Shown: positions 39,618-52,582, numbered from the stretch's first letter. The stretch is 64,000 nucleotides of DNA from Eledone cirrhosa (GCA_964016885.1 OZ024766.1:9176001-9240000), one strand, 5' to 3'. A program made the numbers and translations. Notes: generated by a model not told the origin, from the letters alone.

Positions 39618-40130
39618 ATTCATTTTATTAAGGCTAAATAAATATATATATATTCGTTTTATTAAGACTAAATATATATATATATATATATATACATTTT
39701 ATTAAGGCTAAATATATATATATATATATATATACATTTTATTAAGGCTAAATATATATATATATATATACATTTTATTAAGGCTAAATATATATATATA
39801 AATTCATTTTATTAAGGCTAAATATATATATATAAATTCATTTTGTTAAGGCTAAATATATATATATATATACATTTTATTAAGGCTAAATATATATATA
39901 TATATTCATTTTATTAAGGCTAAATATATATATATACATTTTATTAAGGCTAAATATATATATATATATATTCATTTTGTTAAGGCTAAATATATATATA
40001 TATATATTCATTTTGTTAAGGCTAAATATATATATATATATATATACATTTTATTAAGGCTAAATATATATATATATATACATTTTATTAAGGCTAAATA
40101 TATATATATATATATTCATTTTGTTAAGGC

Positions 40131-40185
<55 letters not shown>
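39618..40185. repeat. CATTTTATTAAGGCTAAA(TA)n compound repeat
   Basis: Direct inspection. Confidence 0.9.
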
Positions 40186-40684
40186 CTTAGCTTTATTTAC
40201 GTAATGGGGGAAAAAATAAACTAATGGCCCCTTTATTGAAAGCACTGGTCTGTTGAAGATATTTCTAAATAAATAAATATGTGTATACATATATATATTT
40301 AATCTGTTTATATAAACACAGTGGCGTTTGTAGGTCGCCATTTTATATATGTACACGTGCATGTAGACATGTGTATACCCAGGAATCTGAATATACTAAT
40401 AACTGTATTGACATTTATTTGTCTGTCTGTCTGTCACAATGTCAAACGACAGCTACAGGCTGTGGAAGATATTTGAAAAATTTAAAACTATTAGTGGAGG
40501 TCACTAACCTGCTCCAAATATATATATATACATGCTCCAGCATGGCCTCAGCCGAATGGTTGGAACAGGTAAAAGAGTAAAAAGTATACATACACATATA
40601 TATACATATATATTTATCCCGGGTTCAATTGGGGGTAACCACAGTAAGTAAGGTACTCAATACATTGCAGAGTATAAATATTTA

Positions 40685-40798
40685 ATATAGAAATGGCTTC
40701 TACAGGACTAGAACTGTTTCATTCGGAGGAAATCATCATGAAAGCAAGGCTTTCCTCCGAATGAAACAGTTCTAGTCCTGTAGAAGCCATTTCTATAT
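40685..40798. mobile_element. Fold-back element family B
   Basis: Homologous to 5935-6055 with a different turn-around sequence. Confidence 0.75.
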
Positions 40799-40805
40799 AT
40801 ATATA

Positions 40806-41142
40806 TCATCATCATTTTTTTTTACGTCCGCTTTTCCCTGCTTGCAAGGGTGGGAAGGGAACTGATTCTGGCTTGATTTCTACAGCTGGATGCCCTTCCT
40901 AACACCAACCTCATTTACAGTGAGTGCTGGGTGCTTTTTTTGCCGTGGCACCTCCACGACCACTTTGCAGTGGAATGATAGGGATCCCAGTCCCTAACAT
41001 CTCATTTCTACAGCTGAGTAAACTGGACAATGTGAAATAAAGTGTCTTGCTCAAGGAAACAACACATCACTCGGTCTGAGAATTGAACTCACAACCTTTC
41101 AATTGCAAGGCCAATGCTCTAACCACTAAGCCATGTGCCTCC
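40806..41142 (-). mobile_element. tRNA-derived SINE family 1, full length
   Basis: Near-identical to 6075-6412. Confidence 0.9.
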
Positions 41143-41973
41143 ATATATATATATTTATATATTTATTAAATAACAGATTAAAGTTTAAGCAAAGAATCGC
41201 TGCTTTCACCCTTAACGGGATCTCCACATTTATTATTATTACTATATATATATATATTCATATTGGTACCACAACATCCAGTCCAAACTAATGAGATCAT
41301 GTAGGTGTCACGACAAACAAAAACACAGTCCACGCTGTAATGTGGTCAGGGAGGGAACATAGTAAAACGCTCCCAGTTCATACTGTAGAGAGGTTGTGTA
41401 GGTGACATAGTAAAAAAACCCCAGTTCATACTGTAGAGAGGTTGTGTAGGTGACACAGTAAAAAGCTCCCAGTCCACACTGTAAATGTTGTTGGTGTTAG
41501 GAAGGGCATCCAGCCGTAGAAAACCTGCCAGATAGTCCTATACGAGCGAGACACGGTCACCTGACCAATCTTGCCTCAAGTGGGACAACTCCCGTCAAAC
41601 CCATGCTAGCCTGGAAGATAGACGTTAAACGATGATGGTGATATCTATAGATAATGGAAATAAACAAATAATCAAATAAATATATATATCATCATCATCA
41701 TCGTTTAACGTCCATCTTCCATATCCCTACTTAAACGTACATCCCTACTTGGTTTTCACACAATAGACTACGCTGCTCCTCAATTATTCCCTGAGAATAA
41801 GGGAATTCAAAAAGTACACAGCTACATTCCTCAATCTTTGCATATATGTGTTGCTATTTCACGTTTCCTACCCCGTGCAACACCGGGTCCTGCAGCTAGT
41901 ATATATATATATATATATTGTCTATAATTGCTTATAACTTTCTTCTATGTTCTCCTCTCGCAAACATTTCTAG

Positions 41974-42135
41974 CTTGTCCTTCGGGTACTTATAAAAACA
42001 CCAGCACACCTGGTGACGTGTTAACCTGCACGCAATGCCCAGATGAAAACCACGTGACCAACGAAGGCGCCATCCTCGTAGACGAGTGCAAGTGTAAAAG
42101 AGGTTTCCGGAAGTTTGGAGACAACCGCTGTGCAT
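41974..42135 (+). CDS. SVEP1: SVEP1-like exon 4 (ephrin-receptor-like / GCC2-GCC3 Cys repeat)
   Basis: (P)CPSGTYKNTSTPGDVLTCTQCPDENHVTNEGAILVDECKCKRGFRKFGDNRCA; acceptor TTCTAG, donor GTCAGT; phase 1 to 1. Confidence 0.92.
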
Positions 42136-42234
42136 GTCAGTATGACATTTTCTTTGTTCATTAGTTATTTTTGTTGATGTGTTTTCTTTAATTTGTTTCT
42201 CCAAGTATTCTTCAAATATATAACATTATATGCT

Positions 42235-42515
42235 TTAACCCATATCTGGCCAGAATTTTCTCACCTCTTTCTGTTCAAACCAGCTGTAATTGGCCACTCA
42301 TATTGATGTTAAGGTATTGTTCTTGAAATAAATAATATCAAAATCTCATAGATTCAATGTTATGTGAGATATTATGTGAAGTAAAGCCTTTACTGTGAAA
42401 ATACAATAGTATATATAGAGTAATGTAAATGTTATGTGAGATATTATGTGTGGTAAAGCCTTTACTGTGACAATACAATAGTATATATAGAGTAATGTAA
42501 ATGTTATGTGAGATA
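42235..42515. mobile_element. piggyBac-like MITE fragment with 72-bp units
   Basis: Homologous to 15219-16290 and 53839-54171. Confidence 0.7.
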
Positions 42516-43495
42516 TTAATAATAATAATTATTATTGTGTACAGTGCTCAGGTGCACTACAACTCATCAAAGGTGCATGTATAATACATAGAATAATATA
42601 CAAATGTCAGGGAAGTGAATAGTGTATGAGTCATGATATACATGTGTGCATGTGTATGGAGGGGGAATATCAGGTGTAGTGTTGGCGAATCTCAGGAAGT
42701 ATGGAGGTTTTAAAGGATGCAGTGTCTCGACAGCTAACAACTGATGCAGGTAGTTTGTTCCATGGAGGCCTTAAAGGAAGCAGTGTCTCGGCAGCTAACA
42801 ACTGATGCAGGTAGTTTGTTCCATGGAGGTTCTAAAGGATGCAGTGTCTCGACAGCTAACAACCGATGCAGGTAGTTTGTTCCATGGAGGCCTTAAAGGA
42901 TGCAGTGTCTCGACAGCTAACAACCGATGCAGGTAGTTTGTTCCATGGAGGCCTTAAAGGATGCAGTGTCTCGGCAGCTAACAACTGATGCAGGTAGTTT
43001 GTTCCATGGAGGTTCTAAAGGATGCAGTGTCTCGACAGCCAACAACTGATGCAGGTAGTTTGTTCCATGGAGGTTTTAAAGGATGCAGTGTCTCGACAGC
43101 TAACAACTGATGCAGGCAGTTTGTTCCATGGAGGTTTTAAAGGATGCAGTGTCTCGACAGCTAACAACTGATGCAGGCAGTTTGTTCCATGCTTCAGCAA
43201 CTCTGAGCCTGAAAAAATGTCTACGAAAGTCATGGGAGCTGTGCTGTTTTCTGACTTTGTTGGCATGTCCACGTGTATTAGACACATGGAGATCAAAAAA
43301 GTGCTCAGGGTTGTTGTTGGCGAGATGGTTAATAACTTTGTGGGTGTTTACCAAGTCCATTGCCAGATGTCGGAGCTTCAATGTATCCATGCCAAGGGGA
43401 GCTCGGCGTTCAGAGTATGGTAGATGTCTGATGGAGGGTATTCTCTTGGTTGCACGTCTCTGAACAGTTTCCAGGAGGTCAATGTTCTGAGCAAC
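42516..43495 (-). mobile_element. CR1-type LINE 3' fragment with ~60-bp internal tandem expansion (42703-43190)
   Basis: Minus ORF NTRGHANKVRKQHSSHDFRRHFFRLRVAEAWNKLPASVV, typical of the CR1 ORF2 C-terminus; 3' UTR ending (ATT)n also at 15378-15470 and 58100-58215. Confidence 0.8.
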
Positions 43496-43499
43496 ATAA

Positions 43500-43673
43500 T
43501 TGTTTCTACTTTTGGCACAAGGCCAGCAATTACCCAGTGCATTACTGGTACTTTATTTTATCGACCCCGTAAGGATGAAAGGCAAAGTCAACCTCGGCGG
43601 GATTTGAACTCAGACCGTAAAGGGACTTAACGATGCTGGAAAGTATGGCGTCCGACCCTCTACCGATACTGCC
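43500..43673 (-). mobile_element. SINE family 2
   Basis: Matches 26730-26916. Confidence 0.8.
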
Positions 43674-43675
43674 AA

Positions 43676-44176
43676 AATATTAACTAATAATATTAACTAA
43701 TAATATTAACTAATTATATTAACTAATAATATTAACTAATTATATTAACTAATTATATTAACTAATAATATTAACTAATTATATTAACTAATAATATTAA
43801 CTAATATTAACTAATTATATTAACTAATAATATTAACTAATATTAACTAATTATATTAACTAATAATATTAACTAATTATATTAACTAATTATATTAACT
43901 AATAATATTAACTAATTATATTAACTAATTATATTAACTAATAATATTAACTAATAATATTAACTAATAATATTAGCTAATAATATTAACTAATAATATT
44001 AACTAATTATATTAACTAATAATATTAACTAATTATATTAACTAATTATATTAACTAATTATATTAACTAATAATATTAACTAATAATATTAACTAATTA
44101 TATTAACTAATAATATTAACTAATTATATTAACTAATAATATTAACTAATAATATTAACTAATTATATTAACTAAT
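43676..44176. repeat. 13-bp AT-rich minisatellite (TATTAACTAAT[A/T]A)
   Basis: Direct inspection. Confidence 0.9.
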
Positions 44177-44250
44177 GAGCAACATAATGATGATGAAATA
44201 GATATTAAACATGATAATGATGTCCCCCTATACAAACTCTAATTTCACAG

Positions 44251-44430
44251 CCCTGAAATGCCCTAAACTGACAGCCCCCGAAAGTGGGTACTTTGTCAAC
44301 AACAAATGCTCCAACTACTTCAACGCAGCTTGTGGGACCCGATGTGAACCTGGATATTTCCTGAAAGGGGACAGTGTCCGAATATGCCAGGAGGACGGGG
44401 AATGGTCCGGAAATACTTCCGAATGTCGCA
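44251..44430 (+). CDS. SVEP1: SVEP1-like exon 5 (sushi/CCP)
   Basis: (S)LKCPKLTAPESGYFVNNKCSNYFNAACGTRCEPGYFLKGDSVRICQEDGEWSGNTSECR; TCACAG/GTAAGT; 180 bp, phase 1. Confidence 0.95.
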
Positions 44431-44449
44431 GTAAGTACTGGGTTTATCT

Positions 44450-44802
44450 CTTTTACTGGTTTCAGTCACTAGACTGTGGCCATGCTGGGGCAGCACAAGT
44501 CATTAGACTGTGGCCATGCTGGGGCACCACAAGTCATTAGACTGTGGCCATGCTGGGGCACCACAAGTCACTAGACTGTGGCCATGCTGAGGCACCACCA
44601 GTTATTAGACTGTGGCCATGCTGGGGCACCACCAGTCATTAGACTGTGGCCATGCTGGGGCACCACATTACAGTCATTAGACTGTGGCCATGCTGGGGCA
44701 CCACATCCCTTTATGTTCTTTTACTGGTTTCACTCATTAGACTGTGGCCATGCTGGGGCACCCCATTTCAGTCACTAGACTGTGGCCATGCTGGGGCACC
44801 CC
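44450..44802. repeat. ~35-bp repeat CAGTCATTAGACTGTGGCCATGCTGGGGCACC, derived from a dispersed repeat end
   Basis: Reverse-complement relatives at ~35443 and ~40533; same-strand relative at ~57160. Confidence 0.8.
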
Positions 44803-44882
44803 ATTATTACATTGCTTTCTCTCATCGTACTGATTCCATCCCCATGCACCTCACCTCACCTCTCCCTCGTTCCTCTCCGCAG

Positions 44883-45062
44883 TGAAAATCTGTCCACATC
44901 TACCAACACCGAAGAACGGCAACCGCATCTGTAGTCGAGGTGACTTCACATTCTCCACGGTCTGTCGATTCACCTGCGACACTGGCTACAAGCTGATTGG
45001 ATCCAGAAGACGCACCTGCCTCGCTATTGCCTACTGGTCAGGTATCACTACCCGATGCCGAG
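44883..45062 (+). CDS. SVEP1: SVEP1-like exon 6 (sushi/CCP)
   Basis: (M)KICPHLPTPKNGNRICSRGDFTFSTVCRFTCDTGYKLIGSRRRTCLAIAYWSGITTRCR; CCGCAG/GTTAGT; 180 bp. Confidence 0.95.
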
Positions 45063-45119
45063 GTTAGTTCACCTTTTTTATTTTACTTCTTTTTTTTTTT
45101 TTTCAAACTATTTTTCCTT

Positions 45120-47122
45120 CCATCATCATCATCATCATCATCTCCCACTCATTCCTGAGGGGGTCGTCGTCGTGGTCGGGGTGGCAGCAGAGTCCTCAAA
45201 CACTCCTTCCAGCAGGTCCTATCAGAAGCAAAGCAGCCGTCTCCAACTGATCTGGCTGGATCCCCAAGCAAGACCAGCCAAGCTCATGGATGTTATCCAA
45301 CCATATTGCTCAAGGTCTACCCCTGGATCTCCTACCAGTTGGTTTTGCCCATAAACTCTGTCCAGAGATTCTTTCCTGAGACATTCTAACCACATGTCTG
45401 TAGTATCAGAGTTGTGATCTCTCAATTCAGAGATTCTTTCCTGAGACATTCTAACCACATGTCCATAGTATCACAGCTGTGGTATCTCAATTCAGAGATT
45501 CTTTCCTGAGACATTCTAACCACATGTCCATAGTATCAGAGCTGTGGTCTCTCAATTCAGAGATTCTTTCCTGAGACATTCTAACCACATGTCCATAGTA
45601 TCAGAGCTGTGGTCTCTCAATTCAGAGATTCTTTCCTAAGACATTCTAGCCACATGTCCATAGTATCACAGCTGTGATCTCTCAATTCAGAGATTCTTTC
45701 CTCAGACATTCTAACCACATGTCCATAGTATCAGAGCTGTGGTCTCTCAATTCAGAGATTCTTTCCTGAGACATTCTAACCACATGTCCATAGTATCAGA
45801 GCTGTGGTCTCTCAATTCAGAGATTCTTTCCTAAGACATTCTAGCCACATGTCCATAGTATCACAGCTGTGATCTCTCAATTCAGAGATTCTTTCCTCAG
45901 ACATTCTAACCACATGTCTGTAGTATCACAGCTGTGATCTCTCAATTCAGTGATTCTTTCCTGAGACATTCTAACCACATGTCCATAGTATCACAGCTGT
46001 GATCTCTCAATTCAGAGATTCTTTCCTGAGACATTCTAACCACATGTCCATAGTATCAGAGCTGTGATCTCTCAATTCAGATTCTTTCCTCAAACATTCT
46101 AAACACATGTCCATAGTATCAGAGCTGTGATCTCTCAATTCAGAGATTCTTTCCTCAGACATTCTAACCACATGTCCATAGTATCAGAGCTGTGATCTCT
46201 CAATTCAGAGATTCTTTCCTGAGACATTCTAACCACATGTCTGTAGTATCAGAGCTGTGATCTCTCAATTCAGAGATTCTTTCCCGAGACATTCTAACCA
46301 CATGTCCATAGTATCAGAGCTGTGGTCTCTCAATTCAGAGATTCTTTCCTGAGACATTCTAACCACATGTCTGTAGTATCAGAGCTGTGATCTCTCAATT
46401 CAGAGATTCTTTCCTGAGACATTCTAACCACATGTCCATAGTCTCAGAGCTGTGATCTCTCAATTCAGAGATTCTTTCCTGAGACATTCTAACCACATGT
46501 CCATAGTATCAGAGCTGTGATCTCTCAATTCAGAGATTCTTTCCTAAGACATTCTAACCCCATGTCCATAGTATCAGAGCTGTGATCTCTCAATTCAGAG
46601 ATTCTTTCCTGAGACATTCTAACCACATGTCCATAGTATCAGAGCTGTGATCTCTCAATTCAGAGATTCTTTCCTAAGACATTCTAACCACATGTCCATA
46701 GTATCAGAGCTGTGATCTCTCTATTCAGTGATTCTTTCTTGAGACATTCTAACCACGTCTGTAATATGAGAGCTGTGATCTCTCAATTCAGAGATTCTTT
46801 CCTGAGACATTCTAACCACATGTCTGTAGTATCAGAGCTGTGATCTCTCAATTCAGAGATTCTTTCCTGAGACATTCTAACCACATGTCCATAGTATCAG
46901 AGCTGTGATCTCTCAATTCAGAGATTCTTTCCTAAGACATTCTAACCCCATGTCCATAGTATCAGAGCTGTGATCTCTCAATTCAGAGATTCTTTCCTGA
47001 GACATTCTAACCACATGTCTGTAGTATCAGAACTGTGATCTCTTAATTCAGAGATTCTTTCCTGAGACATTCTAACCACATATCCATAGTATCAGAGCAG
47101 TGATCTCTCAATTCAGAGATTT
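45120..47122 (-). mobile_element. LINE 3' fragment (45120-45360) continued by a 65-bp minisatellite derived from its ORF2 sequence
   Basis: Minus strand encodes AKPTGRRSRGRP..IWLDNIHEL; the satellite unit reads ..YYGHVVRMSQERIS; (ATG)n tail at 45120. Confidence 0.8.
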
Positions 47123-47231
47123 CTGCTAGTATATATAACAATATATCTATTTCAACACAGGATTCCACATCAAGGATCTTGCGAAAGAAATATGTAACCC
47201 TTTCATTGACAAATCTCGTCTGTCCTTACAG

Positions 47232-47432
47232 AAATCACCTGCCAACATCTGAACGGCCTGGAGTTCGGAACGGTCAGCCCAGATGTGTGTACAAGTGGGG
47301 AGGAGGTGCCATTTGGTACCACATGCAAACTGTCCTGCAGTCAAGGATTTACACTAATGGGTTCCTCCAACAAACAGTGTACACCAGATGGAGTGTGGTC
47401 ACCAATTGAGACTGAGGCTAGTCACTGTGTTG
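47232..47432 (+). CDS. SVEP1: SVEP1-like exon 7 (sushi/CCP); correct frame not in the ORF track
   Basis: (E)ITCQHLNGLEFGTVSPDVCTSGEEVPFGTTCKLSCSQGFTLMGSSNKQCTPDGVWSPIETEASHCV; TTACAG/GTAAGT; 201 bp. Confidence 0.93.
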
Positions 47433-47439
47433 GTAAGTA

Positions 47440-50180
47440 TTGGTGGTGACAGTGGTATGTTGTGGTGGTAATGTAGTGGTGGTGACAGTATGTTGTAGTG
47501 GTGGTGGTGACGGTATGTTGTAGTGGTGGTGGTGACGGTATGTTGTAGTGGTGGTGTTGGTGGTATGTTGTAGTGGTGGTGGTATGTTGTAGTGGTGGTG
47601 GTATGTTGTGGTGGTGGTGGTATGTTGTAGTGGTGGTGGTGGTGGTGGTATGTTGTAGTGGTGGTGGTGGTGGTATGTTGTAGTGGTGGTGGTGGTGGTG
47701 GTATGTTGTAGTGGTGGTGGTGGTATGTTGTAGTGGTGGTGATGGTGGTGGTATGTTGTAGTGGTGGTGGTGGTGGTATGTTGTAGTGGTGGTGGTGGTA
47801 TGTTGTAGTGGTGGTGGTGGTGGTATGTTGTAGTGGTGGTGGTGGTATGTTGTAGTGGTGGTGGTATGTTGTAGTGGTGGTGGTGGTATGTTGTAGTGGT
47901 GGTGGTGGTGGTATGTTGAAGTGGTGGTGGTGGTGGTATGTTGTAGTGGTGGTGGTGGTGGTATGTTGTAGTGGTGGTGGTGGTATGTTGTAGTGGTGGT
48001 GGTGGTATGTTGTAGTGGTGGTGGTGGTATGTTGTAGTGGTGGTGGTGGTGGTATGTTGTGGTGGTGGTGGTATGTTGTAGTGGTGGTGGTGGTGGTATG
48101 TTGTAGTGGTGGTGATGGTGGTGGTATGTTGTAGTGGTGGTGGTGGTGGTATGTTGTAGTGGTGGTGGTGGTATGTTGTAGTGGTGGTGATGGTGGTGGT
48201 ATGTTGTAGTGGTGGTGGTATGTTGTAGTGGTGGTGGTGGTGGTATGTTGTAGTGGTGGTGGTGGTATGTTGTAGTGGTGGTGGTGGTGGTATGTTGTAG
48301 TGGTGGTGGTGGTATGTTGTGGTGGTGGTATGTTGTAGTGGTGGTGGTGGTGGTATGTTGTAGTGGTGGTGGTGGTATGTTGTAGTGGTGGTGGTGGTAT
48401 GTTGTAGTGGTGGTGGTGGTGGTGGTGGTATGTTGTAGTGGTGGTATGTTGTAGTGGTGGTGGTGGTATGTTGTAGTGGTGGTGGTGGTATGTTGTAGTG
48501 GTGGTGGTGGTATGTTGTGGTGGTGGTGGTGGTGGTATGTTGTAGTGGTGGTGGTGGTGGTATGTTGTAGTGGTGGTGGTGGTGGTATGTTGTAGTGGTG
48601 GTGGTGGTATGTTGTAGTGGTGGTGGTGGTATGTTGTAGTGGTGGTGGTGGTGGTATGTTGTGGTGGTGGTGGTGGTATGTTGTGGTGGTGGTGGTATGT
48701 TGTAGTGGTGGTGGTGGTGGTATGTTGTAGTGGTGGTGGTGGTATGTTGTAGTGGTGGTGGTGGTATGTTGTAGTGGTGGTGGTGGTATGTTGTGGTGGT
48801 GGTGGTGGTGGTATGTTGTAGTGGTGGTGGTGGTGGTATGTTGTAGTGGTGGTGGTATGTTGTAGTGGTGGTGGTGGTGGTATGTTGTAGTGGTGGTATG
48901 TTGTGGTGGTGGTGGTGGTGGTATGTTGTAGTGGTGGTGGTGGTGGTATGTTGTAGTGGTGGTGGTGGTGGTATGTTGTAGTGGTGGTGGTGGTGGTATG
49001 TTGTAGTGGTGGTGATGGTGGTGGTATGTTGTAGTGGTGGTGGTGGTGGTATGTTGTAGTGGTGGTGGTGGTGGTATGTTGTAGTGGTGGTGTTGGTGGT
49101 ATGTTGTAGTGGTGGTGGTGGTGGTATGTTGTGGTGGTGGTGGTGGTGGTGGTGGTATGTTGTAGTGGTGGTGGTGGTGGTGGTATGTTGTAGTGGTGGT
49201 GGTGGTGGTATGTTGTAGTGGTGGTGGTGGTGGTATGTTGTAGTGGTGGTGGTGGTATGTTGTAGTGGTGGTGGTGGTGGTGGTATGTTGTAGTGGTGGT
49301 GGTGGTGGTATGTTGTAGTGGTGGTGGTGGTGGTGGTGGTATGTTGTAGTGGTGGTGGTGGTATGTTGTAGTGGTGGTGGTGGTGGTATGTTGTAGTGGT
49401 GGTGGTGGTATGTTGTAGTAGTGGTGGTGGTGGTATGTTGTAGTGGTGGTGGTGGTGGTATGTTGTGGTGGTGGTGGTGGTATGTTGTAGTGGTGGTGGT
49501 GGTGGTATGTTGTAGTGGTGGTGGTGGTGGTATGTTGTAGTGGTGGTGGTGGTGGTGGTATGTTGTAGTGGTGGTGGTGGTGGTGGTGGTATGTTGTAGT
49601 GGTGGTGGTGGTGGTGGTATGTTGTAGTGGTGGTGGTGGTGGTATGTTGTAGTGGTGGTGGTGGTATGTTGTAGTGGTGGTGGTGATGGTGGTGGTATGT
49701 TGTAGTGGTGGTGGTGATGGTGGTGGTATGTTGTAGTGGTGGTGGTGGTATGTTGTAGTGGTGGTGGTATGTTGTAGTGGTGGTGGTGGTGGTATGTTGT
49801 AGTGGTGGTGGTGGTATGTTGTGGTGGTGGTGGTATGTTGTAGTGGTGGTGGTGGTGGTATGTTGTAGTGGTGGTGGTGGTGGTATGTTGTAGTGGTGGT
49901 GGTGGTGGTGGTATGTTGTGGTGGTGGTGGTGGTATGTTGTAGTGGTGGTGGTGGTGGTATGTTGTAGTGGTGGTGATGGTGGTGGTATGTTGTAGTGGT
50001 GGTGGTGGTGGTATGTTGTAGTGGTGGTGGTGGTATGTTGTGGTGGTGGTGGTATGTTGTAGTGGTGGTGGTGGTATGTAGTGGTGGTGGTGGTATGTTG
50101 TAGTGGTGGTGGTGGTATGTTGTGGTGGTGGTGGTATGTTGTAGTGGTGGTGGTGGTATGTTGTGGTGGTGGTGGTGGCG
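47440..50180. repeat. (GGT)n-ATGTTGTAGT compound repeat
   Basis: Direct inspection. Confidence 0.95.
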
Positions 50181-50845
50181 GGAGGGGATATAATGGTGGT
50201 TTTAGCTTGTGTAATTACGTTCTTTAACACTCTCTCTTCCTCCAGATCTCCACTCACACTCACCCACTTGCATACTCTCTACCTCTCTCCTGATACAAGC
50301 CCGCCCTAAATCTTCACTCAGTCACACCCCAAGCCTCACTCACACTCAATCTGCCACTCAACCTCCCTCACACACTCTCTCATACTCTCTTTCTCCCCCC
50401 AGTTTCAAACCCGCCTCAGACCTTCACTCACCTTCCCTCACACTCAACCTCCCTCTCACTCAACCCTCTCACTCTCACTCAACCTCACTCTCATACTCTC
50501 TCTAGATACAATCCCACCTCAGACCTTCACTCACTTTCACTCAACTTCCCTCTCACTCACACTCAACCCCTCTCACTCACTCAACCTCACTCTCATACTC
50601 TCTCTCTAGATACAATCCCACCTCAGACCTCACTCACACTCAACCCCCACTCCCACTCAACCTCCCTCTCACTCTCACTCAACCTCACTCTCATACTCTC
50701 TCTCTAGATACAATCCCACCTCAGACCTCACTCTCACTCACACTCAACCCCTCTCACTCTCACTCAACCTCACTCTCATACTCTCTCTCTAGATACAATC
50801 CCACCTCAGACCTCACTCCCACTCTCATACTCTCTCTCTCTCCAG

Positions 50846-51094
50846 ATACAAGCCCACCACGAATATTCTGTCCAGACGACATCAATATTGAAGCCGACGA
50901 GAACAGTCACATGACCAACATCACATGGGTCCTACCGCTGTCCTATGACAACTCCGGCCTAGTGCCGTCCATCACCACAATCCCGGCTGTCCAGCCCCCG
51001 GCCAAATTCCCCATCGGAGTCTCAGTGGTCACTTATGTAGCGCAGGACGCTAGCAAAAATCGAAAAGAATGCCAGTTCACAGTAACAGTCAAAG
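50846..51094 (+). CDS. SVEP1: SVEP1-like exon 8 (HYR domain 1)
   Basis: (D)TSPPRIFCPDDINIEADENSHMTNITWVLPLSYDNSG...KFPIGVSVVTYVAQDASKNRKECQFTVTVK; CTCCAG/GTAAAT; 249 bp. Confidence 0.95.
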
Positions 51095-51621
51095 GTAAAT
51101 TGGTGCTTTGCATAAAAGAAACCCTATAGTTTATAAACAGCATTTGTAATCTATATATGAAGGCACATGGCTTAGTGGTTAGAGCATTGGCCTTGCAATC
51201 GAAAAGTTGTGAGTTCATATCAAAAACCTTGCGAAACAAATATACACAAACACTCACTAGCCCTGGCATAGCTACGGCTCTCTAAATGTTTATTTGTAAA
51301 CATACCGTATTTCAGCAAAAAATGCGAAATTCCAATACATATCTGTATACAACTATGCTTGAAGCTAAATTCTAATACAACAATATTTGTTTCAACACAT
51401 GATTTCATATCAAAAACCTTGCAAAATAAATATATCTATACACACACACACACTAGCCGCTGGCATAGCAACGGCTCTCTAAATGTTTATTTGTAAACAT
51501 ACCGTATTTCAGCAAAAAATGCGAAATTCCAATACATATCTGTATACAACTATGCTTGAAGCTAAATTCTAATACAACAATATTTGTTTCAACACATGAT
51601 TTCATATCAAAAACCTTGCAA

Positions 51622-51672
<51 letters not shown>

Positions 51673-51717
51673 AAGTTAAATAAAAAGTCAAATGTTTAAA
51701 ATTTAGCTTCATTTATT

Positions 51718-51772
51718 ACTGCTATATATATTTCAGTGACAGCCATCTTTGGCGGTGACCTCTTCAGGCAGT
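51718..51772 (-). ncRNA. Type I hammerhead motif (CUGAAGA core)
   Basis: Minus strand: ACTGC CTGAAGA GGT-C-AC-C-GCCA-aaga-TGGC-T-GT-C-ACT GAAA TATATA TA GCAGT; perfect 5-bp stem I. Confidence 0.82.
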
Positions 51773-52369
51773 CCAAATTAGTGTGGTATAGACAAGTACA
51801 TATGTTGTTGAGGTGTATAATTTTGTCAATACTCTGATATGCCCAGTTCCTGGTTAGGTTGTTATTTCTCTGAGGAACTGGAATCATATATATATATATA
51901 TATATACATATATCTATATACACACACTCACTAGCCGCTGGCATAGCTACGGCTCTCTAAATGTTGATTTGTAAACATACCGTATTTCAGCAAAAAATGC
52001 GAAATTCCAATACATATCTGTATACAACTATGCTTGAAGCTAAATTCTAATACAACAATATTTGTTTCAAACACGATTTCATATAAAAAACCTTGCAAAA
52101 CAAATATATATATACACACACACACTAGCTGCTGGCATAGCTACGGCTCTCTAAATGTTTATTTGTAAACATACCGTATTTCAGCAAAAAATGCGAAATT
52201 CCAATACATATCTGTATACAACTATGCTTGAAGCTAAATTATAATACAACAATATTTGTTTCAACACATGATTTCATATCAAAAACCTTGCAAAACAAAT
52301 ATATATATATATATATATAAAATAAAGTTAAATAAAAAGTCAAATGTTTAAAATTTAGCTTCATTTATT

Positions 52370-52424
52370 ACTGCTATATATATTTCAGTGACAGCCATCT
52401 TTGGCGGTGACCTCTTCAGGCAGT
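52370..52424 (-). ncRNA. Type I hammerhead motif, duplicate of 51718
   Basis: Identical sequence 652 bp downstream. Confidence 0.82.
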
Positions 52425-52534
52425 CCAAATTAGTGTGGTATAGACAAGTACATATGTTGTTGAGGTGTATAATTTTGTCAATACTCTGATATGCCCAGTT
52501 CCTGGTTAGGTTGTTGTTTCTCTGAGGAACTGGA

Positions 52535-52582
<48 letters not shown>

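Noticed and set aside
47399-50263. 954-aa minus-strand His/Thr/Pro ORF
   Set aside because: Stop-free reading of the (GGT)n-ATGTTGTAGT repeat, antisense within an intron
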